DNA of 32,000 nt from Candidatus Kuenenia stuttgartensis (lineage in GTDB: Bacteria > Planctomycetota > Brocadiia > Brocadiales > Brocadiaceae): positions 4,080,001 to 4,112,000 of the forward strand of contig NZ_LT934425.1 of the NCBI RefSeq assembly GCF_900232105.1, written 5' to 3'. The position numbers were made by a program, and so were the translations under genes. Positions 1 through 10,160 of this stretch are shown here, one piece after another; position 1 is the first letter of the stretch; each line of letters starts with the position of its first letter. Below the pieces are notes generated by a model that saw only the letters and a list, made by a program, of their open reading frames with translations, made no database searches and was not told the origin of the DNA.

Positions 1-2
1 AA

Positions 3-200
3 CATGCAAGGATTCTTCCCCATGTGCATATCACAGTGGCATGGATACCTGTATCTTTTCCCCATGAAAGACTTACATGGAAAATGATAAATGCCCCACA
101 GATAACCACCCTCTGTAATCCTCTTGAGTTTATCGATTGCAAATTTACCGTTGAAAGGGAATGGGTCGATCCGGAGGATTATTTTCCGGCAAAAGACTGA
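3..200 (+). CDS. C-terminal fragment of an unidentified protein, truncated by the window start
   Basis: Frame starting at base 3 is open for 65 codons to TGA at 198-200: HARILPHVHITVAWIPVSFPHERLTWKMINAPQITTLCNPLEFIDCKFTVEREWVDPEDYFPAKD*. It is not in the supplied ORF track, probably because its start lies outside the window. Convergent with atpG. Confidence 0.45.
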   Translation, partial: HARILPHVHITVAWIPVSFPHERLTWKMINAPQITTLCNPLEFIDCKFTVEREWVDPEDYFPAKD

Positions 201-246
201 TTTTTGGCTTACCGAATTATTCTCCCATGTTACAAAAAGAAATGAA

Positions 247-1146
247 TCAAAATTGTTTCCCTTCTGATTGCAACGCCTCAAAGCCCGCTACTATATCAAG
301 AAGTTCTTCAGTGATAGAGGTCTGATACTGATGACGATAGGACATATTCAACCCTTCAACCGTTTCTTTTATATTTTTTTCTGCAGTTTGCATGGAAGAA
401 AGCCGGCTTGCGTTTTCACTTGCCATAGACTCTGCAAGTGCCCGATAGAGTAAAACAAAAATATACTGGCGAACAAGCGTTGAAAAAAGTTTCCTCCTCT
501 CCATTGTAAATGTTGGAATTATATGAGATGGCCATTTTTTCCCCGCTAACGCATCCAACCATTCCTGATCCAGCGGCAAGAGATGCGCTGTTTGAGGTTT
601 GCAGGAAGTGCTGGATAACAATTTATGGTGAAACAAAATAACCTTTGTAATTTTCCCCTTCTCTTCCAAACTGTTAAGCGCCGTTACAATTTTGTATCCG
701 GTTTCTACAAGCTCTGAGTGGGACGCCGGTACAGGGAATATTTCTTCAACAGGATGCCCTCGTTCTTCGATAAGATCTGCTGCCCGCACTCCGACGCAGA
801 GCAAAACATATCGTTCATGGGCAATGCTTTTGCTGTACATGCTTTCCAGCGCATATGATGTTATTTGACTATTGAATCCGCCACAAAGGCCATGGTCGGA
901 ACCGAATACCACGGCGCATCCTGCAGTTTTTTCCTTTCCTGATATTTTTGAAACAACTTCTCCCTCTCCTTTTTGGAGAACCACCTGAAGGCCCATTTCA
1001 ATGGTTCGGTAGTAACCGGAAACCGCTTCAACAGCTTCCTCATAATGGCGAACATTTATCGCTGCAAGCGTTTTCATAGTTTTTACTATGGCATGCAAAT
1101 CTTCAGCGCTCTGAATTTTCCTCCTCAACCGTTCAAGTGTTAGCAT
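247..1146 (-). CDS. atpG: F-type (N-ATPase) ATP synthase gamma subunit
   Basis: 299 aa; N-terminus LRRKIQSAEDLHAIVKTMKTLAAINVRHYEEA and the C-terminal ENASRLSSMQTAEKNI pattern of gamma subunits; last gene of the operon. Confidence 0.93.
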   Translation of the reverse strand: MLTLERLRRKIQSAEDLHAIVKTMKTLAAINVRHYEEAVEAVSGYYRTIEMGLQVVLQKGEGEVVSKISGKEKTAGCAVVFGSDHGLCGGFNSQITSYALESMYSKSIAHERYVLLCVGVRAADLIEERGHPVEEIFPVPASHSELVETGYKIVTALNSLEEKGKITKVILFHHKLLSSTSCKPQTAHLLPLDQEWLDALAGKKWPSHIIPTFTMERRKLFSTLVRQYIFVLLYRALAESMASENASRLSSMQTAEKNIKETVEGLNMSYRHQYQTSITEELLDIVAGFEALQSEGKQF

Positions 1147-2688
1147 CTAAATGCCCTCTTCTTTTTCAGCAATAACATTTCTTGCCAGAGAGACAATTTT
1201 ATACCGGTCTTCGTCAATGAGTTGTTCTCCTTTTTCAATCTTCTGGCATACGTCAGGCAATTTTTCAGTCACTTCTTTACTGATGGCGGATTCCGCTGCA
1301 GAAATAAGCTCTATGGGCGATTTATCCAATAAGCCTTCCACTACTGCCATTAAAACAACAATTTGCACAGAAACCGGCACAGGTTGAAACTGTGGCTGTT
1401 TGAGAATCTCACGGACACGTTTCCCACGCTCAATAATTTTTCGGGTTGATTCATCTAACCGCGTGCTGAAACGCGCAAACCTCTCCAACTCCTCAAATTG
1501 AGCGTAAGAAAGCCGTAAATCACTTGCCACCATCCTGTAAGACGGAAATTGTGCCTTGCCCCCGACTCTGGATACCGACCTCCCTACATTTACAGCCGGC
1601 ATAATCCCTTTCTGCGCAAGTTCCGGAGATAGATAAATCTGTCCGTCAGTGATAGAAATCAAATTTGTAGGAATATACGCCGAAATATTCTGCGCTTCCG
1701 TCTCAATAATAGGCAAAGAGGTCAAAGACCCTCCTCCAAGCTCTTTTTTCAGGTGTGTGGATCTTTCCAGCAGGCGGGAATGAATATAAAAAATATCGCC
1801 GGGAAAAGCTTCCCTGCCAGGCGGCCTTCTCAGCAGGAGGGATAGTTCCCGGTATGCCCGTGCATGATTCGTTAAATCATCGTACACGATGAGCACATCC
1901 TCTCCCTTATACATGAAATATTCCGCCATGGCAGTGGCGGCATAAGGAGCGATATATTTCATTCCGGGAGTCGATTCACCAGCGGCAACCACGATAATTG
2001 TATTATCCAATACATCATTTTTCCGAAGATCCGCTATCAATTTTGCCACGGAAGAACTTCTTTGCCCTATTGCGCAGTAAACGCAAATAACCCCCTTATC
2101 TTTTTGATTAATAATCGTGTCCAGGGCAATCGTTGTCTTTCCTGTCTGGCGGTCGCCAAGAATGAGTTCTCTTTGCCCCCTTCCTATGGGGATTAAGGCG
2201 TCTATCACCTTTATTCCTGTTTGCAGCGGTATATTTACCGGAGAACGGTCAATAATAGCCGGCGCTTCTCTCTCTATAATTTGACGGTGAGTTGTTCGTA
2301 CCGGGCCATAATTATCCAAAGGCCTTCCCACAGCATCTATCACGCGCCCAAGCAGCATTTTACCGACAGGCACATCTATGACCTTGCCTGTCCGCTGCAC
2401 TTCGCCTCCCGCTTTTATATCATCATCTTCGTCGAGCAAAATGATCCCAGCTTCCCCATGATCCAGGTTGAATACCAGGCCGGGAAGACTGCCGGAAAAA
2501 AGCACCATTTCTTCAGATTTCACATTCCATAAGCCATTTACCCGCGCAATTCCTTTTCCCACGTAAGTAACCGTGCCTGTTTCCCGTATTTCCAGTGGAT
2601 ATTCTTTTTTCTCCAATATCTGTCCGAAGGCATCAAATGCCTTGTTAATTTGTGTTTCCATGAGATTTCCAGTAGTCGCCATAATCAT
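1147..2688 (-). CDS. atpA: F-type (N-ATPase) ATP synthase alpha subunit
   Basis: 513 aa; Walker [42 protein letters not shown]. Confidence 0.97.
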   Translation of the reverse strand: MIMATTGNLMETQINKAFDAFGQILEKKEYPLEIRETGTVTYVGKGIARVNGLWNVKSEEMVLFSGSLPGLVFNLDHGEAGIILLDEDDDIKAGGEVQRTGKVIDVPVGKMLLGRVIDAVGRPLDNYGPVRTTHRQIIEREAPAIIDRSPVNIPLQTGIKVIDALIPIGRGQRELILGDRQTGKTTIALDTIINQKDKGVICVYCAIGQRSSSVAKLIADLRKNDVLDNTIIVVAAGESTPGMKYIAPYAATAMAEYFMYKGEDVLIVYDDLTNHARAYRELSLLLRRPPGREAFPGDIFYIHSRLLERSTHLKKELGGGSLTSLPIIETEAQNISAYIPTNLISITDGQIYLSPELAQKGIMPAVNVGRSVSRVGGKAQFPSYRMVASDLRLSYAQFEELERFARFSTRLDESTRKIIERGKRVREILKQPQFQPVPVSVQIVVLMAVVEGLLDKSPIELISAAESAISKEVTEKLPDVCQKIEKGEQLIDEDRYKIVSLARNVIAEKEEGI

Positions 2689-2690
2689 GA

Positions 2691-3461
2691 TTACCTCGCT
2701 AATTCTTCATCCAATGTTTTATCCACTTCTTTCTCAAGGAATTTAATGTAATCATCGAGGTTCCATCCGATCCTGTAGTTTTTTACCCTGAAGTCTATTC
2801 CACAAATATGGTCATGGGGAGATATATATTGAATTTCCAGTTTTTCACCCATGACATTGCTGATTTCAGTGGTAATGATTTGCTGCTGTTCTGCAGGAAT
2901 CTCAAACATACTGGTTATCACTGCCTGATAGTGTGATTGTTCTAAAATGTCTTTAATCTTGTTTTTCTCTGTGTTGCCAAGATTTCTGATTTTTTTAAGA
3001 AAGGTATCTGTCATATTTTTTTCAAGATCAGCACTTGAAAGATCCGACAATATTTTTCTCAGAATAGCATATATCTGCGTAGTCGTTTTTTTCCGGAGAT
3101 TTGCAAGAAACGTTTCTCTCTCTTCCTTCAATGATTCATGCCATCGTTCTTTCAATTCTTCAACTTCCCTGCGTGCATTTTCAATAAGTTCCTTTTTCTG
3201 TGCTTCTGCTTCCAAACTTGCGCTGGTAAAGAGACTTTCGCATCTTGCATCATTTTCCTTATTTTTTTGAAGATAAAGTTCTCTTTCGTTGTCTGCGTCA
3301 ATCATCTTCTGTTCCGCCGACTGCAATTTGGAAGCGATCATTTCTTCTCTTGCATTCATAACCGAAATAATCCTTCCATAAAGAAAATGCTTCAGGAGAA
3401 AAACAAGAAGCAGGAAGTTAAATATTTGGGCAAATACGGTGAACCAATTAATAAGCATCAC
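2691..3461 (-). CDS. atpF: F-type (N-ATPase) ATP synthase b subunit, long form
   Basis: 256 aa; N-terminal TM segment [27 protein letters not shown] followed by a long charged coiled-coil and an extended C-terminal part. Confidence 0.93.
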   Translation of the reverse strand: MMLINWFTVFAQIFNFLLLVFLLKHFLYGRIISVMNAREEMIASKLQSAEQKMIDADNERELYLQKNKENDARCESLFTSASLEAEAQKKELIENARREVEELKERWHESLKEERETFLANLRKKTTTQIYAILRKILSDLSSADLEKNMTDTFLKKIRNLGNTEKNKIKDILEQSHYQAVITSMFEIPAEQQQIITTEISNVMGEKLEIQYISPHDHICGIDFRVKNYRIGWNLDDYIKFLEKEVDKTLDEELAR

Positions 3462-3739
3462 TGTCCCCCGGCTTTAGTTATCACATAATTCCAAAAAGGA
3501 TTTGCAAAAATAACAATCATAGCTACAACAAAACAATAGATCGCAGTGGATTCTATCATAGCCATGCTGACAAACAACGTCCTCGTAATTGTATTTGCCT
3601 CGTCAGGCTGCTGTGCAATTGAACTGAGAGCCTGAGCCGCCGCACGAGCCTCTCCCAGCGCGGGGCCAATCGAACCAACCGCTATTGTAAAACCGGCGAC
3701 AATAATAGATACCATTCCAATCAGGCCAACATTATCCAT
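3458..3739 (-). CDS. atpE: F-type (N-ATPase) ATP synthase c subunit
   Basis: 93 aa, two TM helices; GSIGPALGEARAAAQAL and MIESTAIYCFV motifs. Confidence 0.95.
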   Translation of the reverse strand: MDNVGLIGMVSIIVAGFTIAVGSIGPALGEARAAAQALSSIAQQPDEANTITRTLFVSMAMIESTAIYCFVVAMIVIFANPFWNYVITKAGGQ

Positions 3740-3745
3740 GCTGTT

Positions 3746-4456
3746 TTACTCCTTTCCTTTTCCATATTTTTCTAATGTTTGTTCTTTTTCTTCATAAACC
3801 CGCGTTGCAGAAGCGATATACACGATAGAAAGAATAGCAAAAATGTACGCCTGTATTAACCCTGTCAGCAAGCCCAACGCCTGCATGAGAATGGGGAAAA
3901 AAATTGGCGCAATCGAAAGCAGGATTGCGATGATAACAGACCCGCTCATAACGTTTCCAAAAAGCCTGACTGCAAGCGCTATCGTACGGGAGGCTTCTCC
4001 CAAAATATTGAACGGCAACATGAATGGCGTGGGTTTCAAATAATGTTTCAAATAACCTATAAAACCGCGTTTTGATATTCCGTAAAACTGCACTGCCACA
4101 AATACACAAATGGCAAGCGCTGCAGTGGTTGATAAGGAACCGGTGGGCGATTGATACCCCGGAATAATACTCATAATGACAGACACTGAAATGAATAAAA
4201 ATAACGTTCCCACGATAGGCAAAAACCTGTCCGGTTCCTGGTTGCTGATTGCCCGAATCTGTTTATTCATGCCTAATACAAGCGTTTCAAGAAGATTTTG
4301 CCAGCGGGATATCTTGCATTCTGTCGTCAATTTCTTCGTGCCAAACCATGACAGCGCAACAATCACTGCCATGGTAATCCAGGTATAGACAATGGTCGCA
4401 TTTAATGCGATCGGCCCAATGTGAAGAACTATTGTATTGTCAGGACTTATATTCAC
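3746..4456 (-). CDS. atpB: F-type (N-ATPase) ATP synthase a subunit
   Basis: 236 aa multi-TM; SRTIALAVRLFGNVMSG motif containing the conserved Arg. Confidence 0.95.
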   Translation of the reverse strand: MNISPDNTIVLHIGPIALNATIVYTWITMAVIVALSWFGTKKLTTECKISRWQNLLETLVLGMNKQIRAISNQEPDRFLPIVGTLFLFISVSVIMSIIPGYQSPTGSLSTTAALAICVFVAVQFYGISKRGFIGYLKHYLKPTPFMLPFNILGEASRTIALAVRLFGNVMSGSVIIAILLSIAPIFFPILMQALGLLTGLIQAYIFAILSIVYIASATRVYEEKEQTLEKYGKGKE

Positions 4457-4469
4457 GCATTACCCCCCA

Positions 4470-4781
4470 CTATTTTGAATGGTATGTCATCTTCATCTTG
4501 GACCCTTCGGGAAGAAAACGTTTTACCAATACTCGTCGTACAATAAAGAACCCCACTAAACACACAAGTAATCGTTCCCAGCGGCCATCCATGATGAAAT
4601 AAAATGTAGCCAGAACAATCGCCATGCGTATAATATAACTTAGCATAATCAGTGCGGAGGGGTATTTTATTATTGGAAGATAATGTATGGTACTCCACAT
4701 GCCGGCAAAATTCAGCAAACCTACCGCCATTCCAACTGCAAGTGCAGTGGCAAGCGTAAATATATCATTTACCATAATCAT
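4470..4781 (-). CDS. atpR: N-ATPase accessory membrane protein AtpR
   Basis: 103 aa, three predicted TM segments; position between atpQ and atpB as expected for N-ATPase operons. Confidence 0.8.
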   Translation of the reverse strand: MIMVNDIFTLATALAVGMAVGLLNFAGMWSTIHYLPIIKYPSALIMLSYIIRMAIVLATFYFIMDGRWERLLVCLVGFFIVRRVLVKRFLPEGSKMKMTYHSK

Positions 4782-4828
4782 TATTCCCCTTTGTTCCAGA
4801 TATATTTAACAGTAAAGCAAGATTCACA

Positions 4829-5135
4829 TTAATCATTTTTATCGGACATTTTTATCCAGCGCCACGCATTCAGGCAACCAATTGCTATGCCAACACTAAG
4901 AAGCGTAAGCGTCCATGACACAGGCGACGGCCATTTTTTATCAATCCAGATACCAAGTGCTATGCCAAGTAATGTGGGAATAGTTATCGACCAGCCTATG
5001 ATCCCCGACATGCCCATGCCAAACCAAAACGATTTGGACTTCGATTCTTTCCTGCCTTTTATTTTACGCGATTCTTTTTTCCCTACTTCCACAACGAATT
5101 TTTTTAATACATCATCCTCTTTCTTTTGTGCAGGG

Positions 5136-5143
<8 letters not shown>
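4829..5143 (-). CDS. atpQ: N-ATPase accessory membrane protein AtpQ (AtpI-like)
   Basis: ORF track 4829..5191; MVDPAQKKEDD at 5143 is the more plausible start (only about 8 nt overlap with atpC). Two TM segments with a GIALGIWIDKKW pattern. Confidence 0.75.
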
Positions 5144-6928
<1,785 letters not shown>

Positions 6929-7132
6929 TTATTATCGTATTACTTGTTGAAATACTGGTAATACTTTATGTAGCAGCAATTCATCCGTCGCCGCTACACC
7001 GCTGATAATGGCGTTATTGTAGTATTTTAAAAAAACGGACCTGTTGCGAAAAATCAGTATAGGTCAAAAGAAAATTCAATGCAAGCACAATACGCTTGCA
7101 CATTACTTACAAAACGAATGGTTAAAATATTT

Positions 7133-7153
7133 TGTAACACTTTGGTTTTTTGA
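7133..7153 (+). repeat. Solitary copy of the 21-nt arm TGTAACACTTTGGTTTTTTGA
   Basis: Differs at 2 of 21 positions from the arm at 25632..25652. Confidence 0.6.
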
Positions 7154-7161
7154 AAAACGTA

Positions 7162-7225
7162 AGAGCGAGAGACGAGAAACGAAGGATATCCGTCGTCTCT
7201 CGTCCGTCATCCTTCGTCCTCGGTA
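7162..7225. repeat. Degenerate heptad-phased tract with opposed arms
   Basis: AGAGCGA GAGACGA GAAACGA AGGATAT then CGTCGTC TCTCGTC CGTCATC CTTCGTC CTCGGTA; NNTCGTC-like heptads opposed by their reverse-complement form. Confidence 0.6.
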
Positions 7226-7353
7226 GTTTATATTACGCTATAATAGTAGCCAGGAGGTTAAAATTATTATTGCATTTAACATTGAAAAAGATTAGAGATG
7301 CGGTAAGCGTATTTTGGGTTGAATAATTTAAAAACAGATGAAAGGAGAAAAAC

Positions 7354-8463
7354 ATGAACGGATCATTACAGGGGGCATGGAAGATAGGTACGGTAATGGG
7401 TATTCCAATAAGAGTGCATTTTACGTGGTTTATCGTCTTCGGTTTGATTACATGGTCTCTGTCAACTTTATACTTTCCAAAGGCAGCTCCTGACCTACCT
7501 GTGACATCTTACTGGCTAAAAGGCGCCCTTGCAGCCCTTCTACTTTTCGCCTCCGTAGCCTTTCACGAACTGGCCCATTGCATTGTGGCAAAGAGGTACA
7601 AAATTTCCATAGAGAGCATAACACTCTTTATCTTTGGTGGAGTTTCCAGGATGAAAAGTGAACCACCCCACCCAAGGGCTGAATTTAATATTGCTATTGC
7701 AGGGCCTCTTTCCAGTTTTTTTTTGTACGCTTTGTTTTACTTTATTTCTATGGGTGTATCAGGAAGCATGAAGACGCTTTTTATATACCTGGCACAAATC
7801 AATCTGATTATTGGGATATTTAATCTCATTCCGGGTTTCCCTTTGGATGGGGGGAGGGTTTTGAGAGCTATTTTGTGGAGTAAGAATAAGAACTTTTTTT
7901 CTGCGACGCAAAAGGCAGCTGGCGTCGGGAGGAAGATTGCCCTGTTTTTTGTCTTTTTCGGGTTGTTTTCTCTTTTTACAGGAGTGCCGGGAGGTCTGTG
8001 GCTGATGCTTATTGGTTGGTTTCTCTTTACGGCAGCCCAGGCAAGTTATCAGCAGTCAGCGCTTCAGGAATATCTTTTTGGCGTTAAAGTCAAAGACTTA
8101 ATGGTGAGGGACCTGATTAACGTAAGTCCTTCCCTTAGCCTTGAGGAGGTTGTGAATAATTACTTTCTGAAATATGGCTACGGCGGTTTCCCTGTAGTAG
8201 AGGATGGAAAGTATCTTGGTATAATAACCCTGAAAGAAATAAAAGGCATACCTAAAAACGCTTTTGAAGATACAAGAGTCAGGGAAGTTTATCTGAAACA
8301 TAAAAAGCAATGGGAAATATCCGCCGAAGCGGAGGCAATAAAAGCCCTTGAATCGATGCTGAGGGAAGATACAGGGAGGTTGGTTGTTAAGAAAGGGGCA
8401 TCTATACAGGGACTCATAACCAGAAACGGCATTGCCCGTTATGTCCAAATCATCGGGAAATGA
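7354..8463 (+). CDS. Site-2 protease family (M50) zinc metalloprotease with C-terminal CBS domains
   Basis: 369 aa; HELAHCIVA metalloprotease motif, NLIPGFPLDGGRVLRA, multiple TM segments, then tandem CBS-like sequence (VKDLMVRDLINVSPSLSLEEVV). Confidence 0.93.
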   Translation: MNGSLQGAWKIGTVMGIPIRVHFTWFIVFGLITWSLSTLYFPKAAPDLPVTSYWLKGALAALLLFASVAFHELAHCIVAKRYKISIESITLFIFGGVSRMKSEPPHPRAEFNIAIAGPLSSFFLYALFYFISMGVSGSMKTLFIYLAQINLIIGIFNLIPGFPLDGGRVLRAILWSKNKNFFSATQKAAGVGRKIALFFVFFGLFSLFTGVPGGLWLMLIGWFLFTAAQASYQQSALQEYLFGVKVKDLMVRDLINVSPSLSLEEVVNNYFLKYGYGGFPVVEDGKYLGIITLKEIKGIPKNAFEDTRVREVYLKHKKQWEISAEAEAIKALESMLREDTGRLVVKKGASIQGLITRNGIARYVQIIGK

Positions 8464-8588
8464 CACGGTCAATTGATATTCTGCCTTACGAACCTGCAAT
8501 CATACCGGCAGCAAAATATAACCGGAACATCTGCATCAGAAGGAAAGTAATAAGTCCCGGAAACTTAAAGCAAACCGGAGGTGCTTCG

Positions 8589-10160
8589 ATGGTTCACAAA
8601 AAATCGGCATACACAATATCAAGGGAAGACTTTGATGCGGTAATCTTTGATCTTGACGGAGTGGTCACCGATACGGCAAGCGTGCATGCAGATGCATGGA
8701 AAAAGATGTTTGATGAATTTCTCTCCCAATATGCTGCCTGTAATAATAAGCCATTTCAACCTTTTGATATTGACGCAGATTACCGCCTTTATGTTGATGG
8801 CAAACCACGTTTTGATGGCGTGAGGAGTTTCCTCCGTTCAAGGGGTGTTAATCTGCCCGAAGGACAACCAGATGATTTGCCCGGCACAGAATCTATCCAC
8901 GGCCTGGGCAAATTAAAGAATGAATATTTCCTGAAACACATCGGAGACCATGGCGCTGAAGTATATGATTCGACAATAGATTTTATACATAGTTTGAAAA
9001 AACAAGGCTGCAAAACAGCCATAATATCCTCGAGTAGAAACTGCGCCATGATCCTTGATTCAACAAATCTTTCATCCCTGTTTGACGTCAGGGTGGATGG
9101 ACTGGATTCTGAAGTTCTTGGCATTAAAGGTAAGCCTGCTCCGGACATTTTCCTTGAGGCAGCAAGACAGTTAAAGGCGAAACCTGAACGTGCGGTTGTG
9201 ATTGAAGATGCTATTTCAGGTGTTCAAGCAGGAAAAGCCGGCAAATTCAGGCTTGTGGTTGGTGTGGCACGGACAGGCGATAAAGAATCGCTGCTTGAAA
9301 ACGGAGCTGATGTAGTAGTTGAAGACCTCTCTGAAATCGGCGTCAGGAACGATATTGAAGTAATTCATGGCCTGCCTTCCGCACTGGACAGCATTGATGA
9401 TATTGCCAATCAGGCAAGGGGCAAACGCATTGCCGTTTTTCTTGACTACGACGGAACTCTAACCCCTATAGTTGAAACACCCGACAAAGCTATTATGGCA
9501 GAAGACATGCGGGAGGCTGTGATAAAACTTTCCAATAATTGTACGGTAGGAATAATAAGCGGTCGCGATCTAAAAGATGTGCAGGAGAAGGTGGAAATAG
9601 ACTCATTTGTCTATGCCGGAAGCCATGGCTTTGATATTGCGGGGCCAGAGGGATTAAACATAAAGAGTCAGGCAGGGGCAGAATTTCTGCCTGTTCTCGA
9701 TAAAGCAGAGAAGGAACTTTCCGAAAAGCTCCGCTCAATAGAAGGTGTGTTTGTGGAACGGAAAAAATTCGCTATTGCCATTCATTATCGCCTTGTAACT
9801 CCGGAGAAAGCCGAACTTGTAGATGAGATTGTGGATAAAGTGGCTTCCGTCTATCCTGAACTTAGAAAGGCATACGGAAAAAAGATATTCGAACTACAGC
9901 CGGATATTGACTGGCACAAGGGAAAGGCCCTGCTTACCTTATTAAAAGCATTGAAGCTTGACGGAGACGACGTACTGCCTTTTTATATAGGAGATGATGT
10001 GACCGATGAAGACGCATTCTGGACACTCAAAGGCAGTGGTATCGGAATTGTTGTCTGGGACGAACCCTATGAGACGGCGGCTTCTTATAGTCTTAAGAAT
10101 CCGGAAGAGGTACGCAAATTCCTTTTGAAACTTATTCCATTAGGAGGTGGCCATGAATAA
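8589..10160 (+). CDS. Fused HAD hydrolase (beta-phosphoglucomutase-like) + trehalose-6-phosphate phosphatase-like protein
   Basis: ORF 8460..10160; ATG at 8589 is preceded by a GGAGGTG-like RBS. Two HAD motifs: DLDGVVTDTASVHADAWKKMF and FLDYDGTLTPIVETPDKA, with GDDVTDEDAFW near the end. Confidence 0.88.
   Translation: MVHKKSAYTISREDFDAVIFDLDGVVTDTASVHADAWKKMFDEFLSQYAACNNKPFQPFDIDADYRLYVDGKPRFDGVRSFLRSRGVNLPEGQPDDLPGTESIHGLGKLKNEYFLKHIGDHGAEVYDSTIDFIHSLKKQGCKTAIISSSRNCAMILDSTNLSSLFDVRVDGLDSEVLGIKGKPAPDIFLEAARQLKAKPERAVVIEDAISGVQAGKAGKFRLVVGVARTGDKESLLENGADVVVEDLSEIGVRNDIEVIHGLPSALDSIDDIANQARGKRIAVFLDYDGTLTPIVETPDKAIMAEDMREAVIKLSNNCTVGIISGRDLKDVQEKVEIDSFVYAGSHGFDIAGPEGLNIKSQAGAEFLPVLDKAEKELSEKLRSIEGVFVERKKFAIAIHYRLVTPEKAELVDEIVDKVASVYPELRKAYGKKIFELQPDIDWHKGKALLTLLKALKLDGDDVLPFYIGDDVTDEDAFWTLKGSGIGIVVWDEPYETAASYSLKNPEEVRKFLLKLIPLGGGHE

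Noticed and set aside
268-453. Short ORFs opposite atpG and the other ATPase genes (for example 268..453, 2221..2532, 3138..3488, 5128..5664, 6089..6553).
   Set aside because: All lie antisense or out of frame within strongly supported subunit genes, with low-complexity or Cys/Phe/Ser-rich translations and no recognisable domain.
6969-6998. Inverted pair TGTAGCAGC / GCCGCTACA upstream of atpD.
   Set aside because: Nine-nt arms with a mismatch. It could be an operator but nothing else supports it.
7080-7100. Small hairpin TGCAAGC-ACAATAC-GCTTGCA between atpD and the M50 gene.
   Set aside because: A 7-bp stem without a following T-tract in either direction; too short to claim as a terminator or regulator.
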